DNA of 63,216 nt, counting the filler, from Octopus bimaculoides (taxonomy: Eukaryota), in NCBI RefSeq assembly GCF_001194135.2. It is 7 parts of 6 records of this genome, joined end to end, with 100 filler letters (N's around TTAATTAATTAA, not from the genome) between each part and the next. Parts side by side here need not be neighbours in the genome. Positions count along the whole stretch, not along the records: positions 31,512 to 39,407 come from NC_068987.1; positions 39,508 to 52,491 come from NC_068982.1; 5 more parts are not named here. One strand, written 5' to 3'. Numbering within the stretch: the stretch's first letter is position 1; each line of letters opens with the position of its first letter. Under the pieces are notes generated by a model. It searched no databases. It was not told the origin of the DNA and was given only the letters and a program-made list of their open reading frames with translations. This document shows, one piece after another, positions 38,561-49,177 of this stretch. The position numbers and the translations under genes were made by a program.

Positions 38561-38950
38561 CGTTGTCTATCATACTATATCATTTAAATATAGCCTTTAT
38601 TTTAAAATGTGATTTGAGAGCGTTTGGGTTTCTGTTTTAGCAGCTTCATCAACAATTGGATTACTGTGTTTATCCAACCTTAACATATCTGATGGTAAAA
38701 TGGTTTGGTGTTAAGAAGAGTGTTTGAAAAATCTACAATGTTTTTTTCTATTATTTATATAAATGCAGACCTTGTGCCTATAGTGGAAAGGATTATTTAT
38801 ATAAATGCACAGATTTCAGAGAAATTTAAAGCATGGAAAAAAGTGGGGTGTAAAATTGTATAACACTACAAAAGTATTGTATTTTGAATTGCTTTCTTAA
38901 ATTAGGAACAAGCTTATTTTTCTTTCCCCATTATTCAACATATTCCATTT

Positions 38951-39196
38951 GATGGCACTCTGTCGCTCATGACGTCGAGGGTTCCAGTTGATCCGATCAA
39001 CGGAACAGCCTGCTCATGAAATTAACGTGCAAGTGGATGAGCACTCCACAGACACGTGTACCCTTAACGTAGTTCTCGGGGATATTCTGCGTGACAAGGC
39101 TGACCCTTTGCATTACAGGCACGACAGAAACAGGAAGTAAGAGTGAGAGAAAGTTGTGGTGAAAGAGTACAGCAGGGTTCGCCACCATCCCCTGCC
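38951..39196 (-). mobile_element. SINE family C, 5'-truncated
   Basis: High identity to the reverse complement of 55560-55815. Confidence 0.92.
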
Positions 39197-39508
39197 ATTC
39201 CATTTGGTATACTGCAGGAAATATTCATATTTTAATTTCATTGGATGTGTAAGGGACGACCGTGCGAACTCATAAAAGGAGAAATGGTGACGAATGGAAG
39301 AACAGAGGACTCCTTTTATTTAAACGCGTCACACGGTCGAACTCACAACATATATATATCAGAGATGATATACATGATATGTTATGCGACGATAACATAT
39401 GTGACCANNNNNNNNNNNNNNNNNNNNNNNNNNNNNNNNNNNNNNNNNNNNTTAATTAATTAANNNNNNNNNNNNNNNNNNNNNNNNNNNNNNNNNNNNN
39501 NNNNNNNA

Positions 39509-39908
39509 AGGCGGTGGAAAAAATGGATAAAATATTAGAAAAAACAAAGAGTTTTGTTGAGGCTGCGGATGTGAAGAGAAGGGAAGTGGACCTGGCTAGA
39601 TTGGAGGAGTATGGCAAGATGACACAGAAGGTGGGCGGCGACGTGAAGTTGTTGCCCCCTAAAAGAATCATAGAGAACATGGAGAAAAAAACCATCACCT
39701 ACAAGGTGCACTCTTTGGAGAAAAGAAGGTCGAACAGGTGGAAGTGGCAAAAATTGAAAAGGCACTGAGGGAAAAATCGAGCCAAATAATGTATATAACA
39801 AGAAGAAGTGGTTGTCCAGTTTAGGACAATGGAAGAGGCGAGGAGGCTGGCGAGGACGGAGGAAGTGGTGCTTCTGCCCACGTATCTTGGTAGAAAGACT
39901 TCCAAGGT
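39509..39908 (+). mobile_element. LINE ORF1-like N-terminal fragment
   Basis: MDKILEKTKSF...TITYKVHSL, frameshift, KVEQVEVAKIEKALREK, frameshift, VVVQFRTMEEARRLA...VLLPTYLGRKTSKV (RRM-like alternation). Confidence 0.55.
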
Positions 39909-40202
39909 GAGTACATAAAATTATTGCATGCAAAAGACTTTAAACTTAGACCTATTATAGCTGGTCCAGCATGTCCCACTCACCGTCTAAGCAATTTTAT
40001 TGACATTGTTTTGAAACGACTATGTACCTACATATCCAGTTTCATCCGAGATGACATCGACTTCCTGTCCCATCTTCCCAAAACAACTGAAACAAATTCA
40101 CTTCTACTTAGTTTTGATGTAGTATACCAATATTCCACATAATTTAGGAATAAAGGCGATTAGATACTGGGTAGAAAAACACAAAGAAGTGATCCCCAAC
40201 AG
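39909..40202 (+). mobile_element. Penelope-like element RT fragment (second lineage)
   Basis: LRPIIAGPACPTHRLSNFIDIVLK...SFIRDDIDFL.HLP...LLLSFDVV, frameshift, YTNIPHNLGIKAIRYWVEKH. Confidence 0.88.
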
Positions 40203-40304
40203 CTATAATAGAAAACACTTGCCCCAGGTACCATGAAGTGGTACTGAACCCAGAACCATGTGTTTGGGAAGCAAGCTTCTTACTACACAGTCAAACCTGC
40301 GCTT
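40203..40304 (-). mobile_element. SINE family A head (3' part missing)
   Basis: Reverse complement AAGCGCAGGTTTGACTGTGTAGTAAGAAGCTTGCTTCCCAAACACATGGTTCTGGGTTCAG. Confidence 0.85.
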
Positions 40305-40309
40305 ATTAT

Positions 40310-40416
40310 AAAAATATGGAACGCTTCACGAATTTGCGTGTCATCCTTGTTCAGGGGCCATGCCAATCTTCTCTATATCGTTCCAATCTTAGAATATGTA
40401 CTGCCGTAGCGAATAC
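40310..40416 (-). pseudogene. U6: U6 snRNA full-length copy (107 nt), probably a retropseudogene
   Basis: Reverse complement GTATTCGCTACGGCAGTACATATTCTAAGATTGGAACGATATAGAGAAGATTGGCATGGCCCCTGAACAAGGATGACACGCAAATTCGTGAAGCGTTCCATATTTTT. ACAGAGA box reads ATAGAGA, AGC triad reads GGC, no TATA at about -30. Confidence 0.95.
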
Positions 40417-41041
40417 TTAATGAAGCTTTAAGGTTTTGGTGGTGGATGAACACCTCTCAGTGACGGTAGAGAAGATTTTCTAGTAATGCCAGCAGAATTT
40501 GTTTATTTATTTATCTATTTATTTATTTATTTGTTTATTTATTTATTTATTTATTTATTTGCTTTTGTACAACTGAAGGATCGCAGACAGAGAACCATGT
40601 GGGAATTTCTGAAGTGAAGAATTTGGTTGAGCAACAAACCTAAAAGTACATTTCCTACCCCCAACTGCATTTAGCAGTCTCGAATTGGTTGGAGAAAAAG
40701 ATTTGCGGCCAAACGTGGTCAATATAAATCTCTATCAAATTGTTAAGTTGAAATACCAGAATGTTCGGGCAGCTGATGGCACACTGAACAGTGAATTTTA
40801 GTTATTAAACAATTATCAGACATCTCTGCATATGTAGAAATTACACTGCTTGAATGTATAGATGTTTACATGTACAGAGTTATTATTTATTTTCTTTTTC
40901 TTTCATTTTCCTGAAGGATAAACACTGAAGAATTAAACCAGATTTTGTATTCGCCAATCAGTGTACAAGTCCCATTTTTTTCTAGTTTTGATATTAAGGT
41001 TATTGCAATTGGTTAATGCCTGTCTAACTATGTTTAACAGT

Positions 41042-41207
41042 AGGCGCATGAGTGGCTGAGTGGTAAGTAGCTTGCTTACAAACCACATGGTTCCGGGTTC
41101 ATTCCCACTGCGTGGCACATTGGGCAAGTGTCTTCTACTATAGCCTCGGGCCGACCAAAGCCCTGTGAGTGGATTTGGTAGAGGGAAACTGAAAGAAGCC
41201 CGTCGTA

Positions 41208-41282
<75 letters not shown>

Positions 41283-41562
41283 ATGTATATATGTGTGTAT
41301 ATATATATATATGTATGTATGCATGGATGCATGTATACATGTGTGTGTATATGATTGTGTGTCAGTTTGCCCCCCCAACATCGCTTGACAACCGATGGTG
41401 GTGAGTTTACGTTCCCGTAACTTAACGGTTCGGCAAAAGAGACCGATAGAATAAGTACTAGGCTTACAAAGACTATGTCCTGAAGTCGATTTGCTCGACT
41501 AAAGGCAGTGCTCCAGCATGGCCGCAGTCAAATGACTGAGACAAGTGAAGGAGTAAAAGAGT
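41042..41562 (+). mobile_element. SINE family A, complete reference copy
   Basis: tRNA-like head (TGGCTGAGTGG A-box, GGTTCATTCCC B-box), body to 41205, (TA)n(TG)n 41206-41360, tail ending GGCAGTGCTCCAGCATGGCCGC...(GAGTAAAA)n. Confidence 0.95.
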
Positions 41563-42064
41563 AGATTGCAGTTGTAAGAAACTCCCGGGGAAGCTGAACA
41601 GCCGAAGGTTTTCAGAGAAGTAACCTCTCTCAGGCAAGTATCTCAACCCTTAGCTCCTTACACTCTAAGGACGCCAGGCCGGGACTCCTGGATGCCTTCT
41701 ACTAACACTTTTATCACCACTCGTATATCAGTCACTTATGCATTCAAACCGAACGGAGATTTTGCTGGCAAGATCTAACAGGAACTCTTCTCCGTTGTCG
41801 CTGCTTTCAAACTTATATTCCTTGAGTTTAGAAACAAAATATTCTATCATTCCCATTTTCCATAGCCACATCAAGTTTCTGTCTAGTTTATAGCTTAATT
41901 GCCTACACATAATTTTAATTGCTGCCCAGATAATTGATACACCGTGGAAATGCAAATATTGACATATCTATATTCAGACGTAAGCTAGAAATTTGTATCT
42001 TGACAGTATGTAACCTACTTTCCTATAACATTCATTAATTAACGAAGTTATTTACTTTAATTTC

Positions 42065-42328
42065 TTTTTTTTCTTTTATTTTTGCTTGTGTCAGTCATTT
42101 GACTGTAGCCATACTAGGGCATCGCCTCGAAGAATTTTAGTCGAACAAATCAACCCCAGTACTTATTTCTTTAAGCTTGATACCTATTCTATCGGTTTTT
42201 GCCGAACCGCTATGTTACGGAGATGTAAACACACTAACAGCGGTTGTCAAACGATCGTGTGGACAAACACAAACAAATACACACACACACACGCACACAC
42301 ACACGCACACACACACGCACACACACAC
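42065..42328 (-). mobile_element. SINE A tail + (CA)n, head lost in gap
   Basis: Reverse complement of the SINE A tail. Confidence 0.85.
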
Positions 42329-42960
42329 NNNNNNNNNNNNNNNNNNNNNNNNNNNNNNNNNNNNNNNNNNNNNNNNNNNNNNNNNNNNNNNNNNNNNNNN
42401 NNNNNNNNNNNNNNNNNNNNNNNNNNNNNNNNNNNNNNNNNNNNNNNNNNNNNNNNNNNNNNNNNNNNNNNNNNNNNNNNNNNNNNNNNNNNNNNNNNNN
42501 NNNNNNNNNNNNNNNNNNNNNNNNNNNNNNNNNNNNNNNNNNNNNNNNNNNNNNNNNNNNNNNNNNNNNNNNNNNNNNNNNNNNNNNNNNNNNNNNNNNN
42601 NNNNNNNNNNNNNNNNNNNNNNNNNNNNNNNNNNNNNNNNNNNNNNNNNNNNNNNNNNNNNNNNNNNNNNNNNNNNNNNNNNNNNNNNNNNNNNNNNNNN
42701 NNNNNNNNNNNNNNNNNNNNNNNNNNNNNNNNNNNNNNNNNNNNNNNNNNNNNNNNNNNNNNNNNNNNNNNNNNNNNNNNNNNNNNNNNNNNNNNNNNNN
42801 NNNNNNNNNNNNNNNNNNNNNNNNNNNNNNNNNNNNNNNNNNNNNNNNNNNNNNNNNNNNNNNNNNNNNNNNNNNNNNNNNNNNNNNNNNNNNNNNNNNN
42901 NNNNNNNNNNNNNNNNNNNNNNNNNNNTGGCTCACAGACTAGCTGTACCACTGCATAGAT

Positions 42961-43128
42961 TCTTTTATTCTTTTACTTGTTTCAGTCATTAAACTGCGGT
43001 CATGATGGGGGCACCAACTTGAATAGATTTAATCGAACGAATCAACTAATTTACGAGGATGAAAGCTCACCAACTCTGGCTGTCAAGCAGTAATGTGTCT
43101 CTCTCTCTCACACACACACACACACATT

Positions 43129-43163
<35 letters not shown>

Positions 43164-43228
43164 ACCGTGCTGTGGGACTGAACTGGGAATTGTGTGAATC
43201 GAGAGCAAACTACTTGCCACATAGCAAA
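42961..43228 (-). mobile_element. Diverged, internally deleted SINE A
   Basis: TTGTTTCAGTCATTAAACTGCGGTCATG tail; GTGGGACTGAACTGGG head. Confidence 0.7.
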
Positions 43229-43595
43229 GCCAATAAATTAGAGAAAAAAAACCCAAAAAACAACTAACTTCCCCAAATAGTTTTCTTTCAATTGGTATTA
43301 AGTCCGATCTGCGTCTGATTAAAATTCAGCCTTGAGAATTAAGCGATTCGCAAAGGAAACAATGAAGATTGTGAAAATCTTTATAGCAACATTTAAAGAA
43401 AGTGTTCAGCTTACGGTACATCGGATTAGTGAAACAAGTGTTAGAGATTTTAGACACTATAAATGCACGTATATCATGGGTGGCAAATACCAAATAAACT
43501 GACAGCCGACTGTATAGTGAAAAATATAAAGGACTTATTGTTCTGTGAAGTGGTTTTTCTTTATATTTGCCAGTATTTTCTTCTATTCTTTCGTA

Positions 43596-43830
43596 TTTTT
43601 TGTCTTCTATTTATTTCAGTAATTAGACTATGACCATGCTGGGACACCACCTTCAAGAGTTTAGTCGAAAAAAATCGGCCACAGTACTTATTTTTTAAAG
43701 CTTAGTTCTTATTCTGTCGATATCTTTTGCCGAACCGCTAATGTTACGGGAACGTGAACAAACACCGGTTGTGAAGCGGTTAGGAGACTAACGCAAACAC
43801 AATAACACGTACACACATATACACACATAT
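43596..43830 (-). mobile_element. SINE A tail
   Basis: TTCAGT...CCATGCTGGGACACC...TTTTGCCGAACCGCTA...CCGGTTGTGAAGCG. Confidence 0.8.
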
Positions 43831-43849
43831 AGGAAGAACAAATCGCTCC

Positions 43850-44247
43850 TTCCGTCAGTAGACTGGCATGATACCTTGGGCAAGTGCTAGCAACCCCTTA
43901 GCATTCCGTGCCAGTGAACAGGTCGGCAGTAGGACGCTGGATAACGGACAAAGCGGAGGAGTCCTAGATCAACGGCTTGAAGGTTATTGCGGTCAAGCGT
44001 AAGGTATGTACCATCAGATAACGGTTGGGTGTCAACTAGCAAACGAGCTGCTGCTACGGGGCAGCCTCGTCGTCGACTATGCTCGTTGCATCTAGTACAT
44101 CACTTGGTACCAGTTGTGGAGGCCCAGAAAGGCAGTCTGATGAGGGCATGGCGTCAACAGCCTTACGCTCCGTCGAAGGCGTTTTGTTCATAGAAGTGGT
44201 CTGAACAGAACAGTTCACGTCGACCTACGACCGACAGTCGACGACGA
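43850..44247. mobile_element. GC-rich unclassified repeat, reminiscent of an RTE-clade 5' UTR
   Basis: CpG-rich against the background; motifs AGGAGTCCTAGATCAA and GCAAACGAGCTGCTGCTACGGGG; no ORF. Confidence 0.3.
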
Positions 44248-44482
44248 CATATATATANNNNNNNNNNNNNNNNNNNNNNNNNNNNNNNNNNNNNNNNNNN
44301 NNNNNNNNNNNNNNNNNNNNNNNNNNNNNNNNNNNNNNNNNNNNNNNNNNNNNNNNNNNNNNNNNNNNNNNNNNNNNNNNNNNNNNNNNNNNNNNNNNNN
44401 NNNNNNNNNATAGATACAGAACATTGAGGGAACTAAATTACTTGGATAATACAATACACACAAATCATAGTACAGCAGAGAG

Positions 44483-46186
44483 TTAGAAGTGAGTTCTTTT
44501 GGACGATCCTGTGCACTTTTCCTCCAGGATGTCACGCAAGAGCATCCAACAAAAGTCCCCCATCATACTGGGGTTCCACTTGCCTTGGTAGTTGCTCTCC
44601 ATCTTAGTAATATCTTGGTGAAACCTTTCTCCATGCTCATCACTGTCTGCTCTGAGCTTCGGAGGAAAGAAGCTGAGATGGGAGTGGAGAAAGTGAATTT
44701 TGAGCGACATTCGGCATCCTATACCCTCATAAGACTGTAACAACTTCTCGATACACTCTTGGTAATCTAGTACCCGTGTGTTACCAAGGAAGCCATAGCA
44801 GACTGACTTAAATGCTTCCCATGCTCTCAGTTCCTTTAAGGTAAGAAGCTCCTCAAAGTCCTTAACCATCAGCACCTCTCAGATCTGAGATCCGACAAAG
44901 ATGCCCTCCTTGAGCTTAACAGAACTCAGAGCTGGGAACAGAGCGCGTAAGTGTTGGAAGGCAGCGACATTTTTGTTCATGGCTTTTAAGAAATTCTTCA
45001 TTAAACCAAGCTTGATATGAGGAGGAGGAAGAAATACCTTGTTCATGTCCATCAGAGGATTTTCTTGAACACTGTGTTCACCAGGTGCGAAAGTGCTCCT
45101 AGATCCCTAGTCCTTCTGTTTGTAGTGCTTGGACACACCCCGACTGTCCCAGATACAGAGAAAGAAACAATACTTTGTGAAGCCTGTTTGCCTACCCATA
45201 AGGAGCCCAATGATCTTGAGGTTCCCACAGAGACTCCACTGGTACTGGTTGTATTTGACAGCTTTCAAAAGGAGCTCCATATTGTCATGCGACACCTTCA
45301 GATGGACTGAATTGGTAATGGGAATGCTGGGGTATTTATTCTCATTGTGCAGGAGCACAGCCTTCAGACTTCGCTTGGAAGAGTCTCTGAAAAGACGCCA
45401 GTCTGAGGGGTCGTGTGGGAAACCAAGGAAGGTGAACGAATCAGAGACATTTGTGCAGTAGCAAAACCTGTTTTCCCTGTCGAAGAATGAAGCAAAGTCT
45501 TAGTTCCGTGTCCTGAAACTGGTGATCCTTACATCTGCCTTGATCAGGTTCCACTGCTTAAACCGGGATACCAGAAGCTCTGACTACTGCTTAGATAGAT
45601 ACAAATCACGGGCAAGGTCATTCAAGTTTTCCTGCGTGATCCAGTGGGGCTCATTGTCACTAACTCCTGAATAAAGAGATATTACCTTAAGAAGAGATCG
45701 ACTTGACGAAATCTTCCCTTGAAGGCACTTCTTCGTCTAATGAAGGAAGACGGTCTTTATTTGCTGTGAGGGTAAGGACAGGGAGATCATCTGAGTGGGG
45801 AACAGGTATCGTAAATGAGGGAAGGTTGGGATATTTGATCTTTTTCTAGAAGAAGCACTGAAACCTGTTATATTTGTAAGACAAAAATAACATTTATCTG
45901 CATGGCCTCGTGGCTCTCTCCAGACCATCGGGACACCAAAGTTGAAAGGTGCTTTCTTGCCGTTAAACCATGCTGTTAGTCCGTTGCAGCAGGGTTTACA
46001 ACAGATGTATGGGGCCCAGGATTTGTCCTAATTTCCAATTTTACAGTAAAAATAATGAAAGCAAGCAGTTCTCAGGAGGGAAGTAATTATTCGGTGCTGT
46101 GCAATTGTCGTGAAATCTCTTCACACATAGCAGAATGAATTTGCCTTGTTGATGCATCCTCGCTGTTTTGACGCGCTTGAAGCCAT
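44483..46186 (-). pseudogene. Chapaev3-type transposase pseudogene
   Basis: FCYV*...DKSWAPYICCKPC...WREPRGHADKCYFCLTN (Cys/His N-domain); DSSKRSLKAVLLHN; CGNLK (catalytic D reads N); PPHIKLGLMKNF; KIHFLHSHL...SDEHGERFHQDI...YQGKW..SMMGDFCW; stops and frameshifts. Confidence 0.85.
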
Positions 46187-46324
46187 TGTAGAGATTTGTA
46201 TCATATGTATCACAAAAATCTGGAAAACAAAATAAAAATTGATCATATATATTATTGCGTGAATTGTCGAAAAATCATAATAATGTATATTTCAAAAACT
46301 AGAGGTGATGAGTGAAAACTGGTT

Positions 46325-47180
46325 TAGGCACAGGCGTGGCTGTGTGGTAAGCAGCTTGCTTACCAACCACATGCGTGGCACCTTGGGCACGTGTCTTCTA
46401 CTATAGCCTCGGGCCGACCAAAACCTTGTGAATGGATTTGGTAGACGGAAACTGAAAGAAGCCTGTCGTATATATGTATATATATATATATATATATATC
46501 AATATATTATAAATTAACTACCAACAAAAATAATTGGTAAGCTAACTCAAAAAATCATCACCAAAATAGCAGAAAAAAACGACAGTGAAGGTATGCAGAC
46601 TCTTCAAGAATCGATCCTTTTGGTTATATTAATAATAATAAAGGAGTTACGACGCAAAAACGTATAAATTCAAATGAACATATTTANNNNNNNNNNNNNN
46701 NNNNNNNNNNNNNNNNNNNNNNNNNNNNNNNNNNNNNNNNNNNNNNNNNNNNNNNNNNNNNNNNNNNNNNNNNNNNNNNNNNNNNNNNNNNNNNNNNNNN
46801 NNNNNNNNNNNNNNNNNNNNNNNNNNNNNNNNNNNNNNNNNNNNNNNNNNNNNNNNNNNNNNNNNNNNNNNNNNNNNNNNNNNNNNNNNNNNNNNNNNNN
46901 NNNNNNNNNNNNNNNNNNNNNNNNNNNNNNNTATGTATGTATGTATGTATGTATGTATGTATGTATGTATGTATGTATGTGTATATGTTTGTGTGTCTGT
47001 GTTTGTCCCTTCCCCCAACGTCCCCGTAACTTAGTGGTTCGGCAAAAGAGACCGATAGAATAAGTACTAAGCTTACAAAGAATAAGTCCTGGCGTCGATT
47101 TGCTCGACTAAAGGTGGTGCTCCAGCATGGCCGCAGTCAAATGACTGAAACAAGTAAAAGAGTTAAAAAGTAAAAGAGTA
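46325..47180 (+). mobile_element. SINE A inserted in the Chapaev subterminal region, itself interrupted
   Basis: Head 46325-46500, unrelated sequence 46501-46686, gap, (TATG)n, tail about 46985-47180. Confidence 0.88.
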
Positions 47181-47304
47181 TATGAAATCAGCACCCCAAA
47201 ATTAGGTTAGAACAACTATTGTGTTTGCCTCAATTTCTCTGTAAGCCAGTGGTATCTGAGGGTTTCAACAGCGGACATTAGATTAGACAATTTAGGCACA
47301 ACTG

Positions 47305-47527
47305 CTAGCGGTGAATTGGCAGAATCGTTAGCACACCGGGCGAAATGTTTAGCGGTATTTCGTCTGCCGCTACGTTCTGAGTTCAAATTCCGCCGAGGTC
47401 GACTTCTTTTCGGGGTCGATTAAATAGGTACCAGTTACACACTGGGGTCGATGTAATCGATTTAATTCCTTTGTCTGTCCTGGTTTGTCCCCCCTATGTT
47501 TAGCCCTCCGTGGGCAATAAACAAATA
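47305..47527 (+). mobile_element. SINE B variant with alternative tail
   Basis: B head and body, then TTGTCCCCCCTATGTTTAGCCCTCCGTGGGCAATAAACAAAT (same tail as 32455-32497). Confidence 0.88.
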
Positions 47528-47673
47528 AACTACATGATTAAACGACAGGATAAAAGCTTGAATCTTGAAGATAAGGTCCTTTGTTTCGTGGCAAAACACT
47601 GAAAGTTGAGAATTGCTAGTGAACAGTTTGAATTGCTGTAATTTGTAATCGATCTTTACATGTTTCCTGTTTG

Positions 47674-48310
47674 TATACTGCAAATTGTTAAAAGTTTGGA
47701 AAATGACATAATCATAACAGCCATTCAACATACATTTTGTACTGGGAAAATTGATGAATACATCTTCAGTACCGGTTCATTGTGGAAGACTATTTGTACT
47801 ATGCAAACTTTGACTGTATTTATATTTTACTTTAACAATATTTACAACAACGACGACAGACAAACTTGATGTTAATGCCTTGTCCCGACTGTTACAAAAG
47901 CGAGCGTTGCCTCTGTTCAAAAGGCAAATTAGCGTCTTCCACGTAAATGGAGACTTCTCAATCTGAACACCCTCAGATAGCATATTAATGAGCTAGACAG
48001 TTCAGTAAACAATGCTTTGGGGAGCTCATTGACAACATGCAATTAGCTGCAACCATTTGGTGCTTGCATTTCAGAAATGAAACACCGGAAATGTCAAGAT
48101 TTCTCAAGCATTAACATCAAGTTTATTTGTCGCCTTTGTTGAAAATATTGCCGAAGTAAAAAATAAATGCAGTCATAGTTAGCACTGTGCAAATAGTCTT
48201 CCACGATGAACCGCTGCTGAAGATTGTTCATCAGTTTTCCCAGTACAAATGTATGCTGAGTGGCTGCTATGATGATGTAGTCATCCAAACTTTTAACAGT
48301 TTGCCATATA
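47674..48310. mobile_element. Foldback MITE, about 200-bp inverted arms, TA-flanked
   Basis: 47680-47880 pairs with 48107-48304 (e.g. ACATACATTTTGTACTGGGAAAATTGATGAA / TTCATCAGTTTTCCCAGTACAAATGTATG). Confidence 0.85.
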
Positions 48311-48492
48311 TTATCTTCAAATTATCAAATTATTATATCAATAAATATACTCATAGGGTGCAAAACAACGTAACTTGTTGAGTATTAAAATAATAAATTT
48401 GTATACGTATGTATTTATGTGTTTGCATTTATAAAATATATATACACTTATGTATGTATGTATGTATGTATGTATGCATGAATATATATATG

Positions 48493-48523
<31 letters not shown>

Positions 48524-48526
<3 letters not shown>

Positions 48527-48623
48527 GAGGCGCGTGGCTTGGTGGTTAGGGTATCAGCATCATGATCGTAAGATTGTGGTTTCGATTCCTGGACCGGGCG
48601 ACGCGTTGTGTTCTTGAGCAAAA
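48524..48623 (+). mobile_element. SINE C-variant head, cut by gap
   Basis: GGAGGCGCGTGGCTTGGTGGTTAGGG...GGTTTCGATTCCTGGACCGGGCG...TTCTTGAGCAAAA. Confidence 0.85.
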
Positions 48624-48885
48624 ANNNNNNNNNNNNNNNNNNNNNNNNNNNNNNNNNNNNNNNNNNNNNNNNNNNNNNNNNNNNNNNNNNNNNNNNNNNN
48701 NNNNNNNNNNNNNNNNNNNNNNNNNNNNNNNNNNNNNNNNNNNNNNNNNNNNNNNNNNNNNNNNNNNNNNNNNNNNNNNNNNNNNNNNNNNNNNNNNNNN
48801 NNNNNNNNNNNNNNNNNNNNNNNNNNNNNNNNNNNNNNNNNNNNNNNNNNNNNNNNNNNNNNNNNNNNTATATATATATATATAT

Positions 48886-49177
48886 TGTTGTTTGTTCCTT
48901 CTCGAACTATAACTGGCTCATAAGGGCCAGTTTCCCGGTTTCATTGGCGTATAGGTTCCCCACCTGGATGGGACGCCCCTCCATTGCATGTGAGCTGCTA
49001 GATGCAGGAGAAAATAGTGAGAGAAAGTTGTGGCAAAAGAGGCAGCAGAAGTTCGCCATTACCTTCTGCCGGAGCTGCGGTGTTTCGCTCATAAACATCG
49101 CGCGGTCTGTGATTCAAACTTGCGATCCCTCGACTGCGAGTCCACTGCTCTAACCACTAGACCAAGTGCCTCCACAC
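48886..49177 (-). mobile_element. SINE with family C head/body and a different tail
   Basis: Reverse-complement head GGAGGCACTTGGTCTAGTGGTTAGAGC; body GGCGAACTTCTGCTG...CACAACTTTCTCTCAC shared with C; tail GGCGTCCCATCCAGG...GGCCCTTATGAGCC...GAGAAGGAACAAACAAC. Confidence 0.82.

Larger units (their letters stand above)
44410..47251 (-). mobile_element. Chapaev3-type (CMC superfamily) DNA transposon, inactive, with nested insertions
   Basis: Terminus reverse complement CACTGG at 47251; subterminal sequence rejoins across 46325-47180 (GAAAACTGGTTT | TATGAAATCAGCACCCCAAAATTA); other end lies in the gap before 44410. Confidence 0.78.

Noticed and set aside
41728-41955. Minus-strand ORF ...EYKFESSDNGEEFLLDLASKIS
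   Set aside because: Protein-like but short, with no recognisable family and no convincing donor site.
44145-44200. CTGATGAG followed by a GGC/GCC stem as a hammerhead
   Set aside because: No GAAA after stem II and no NUH site.
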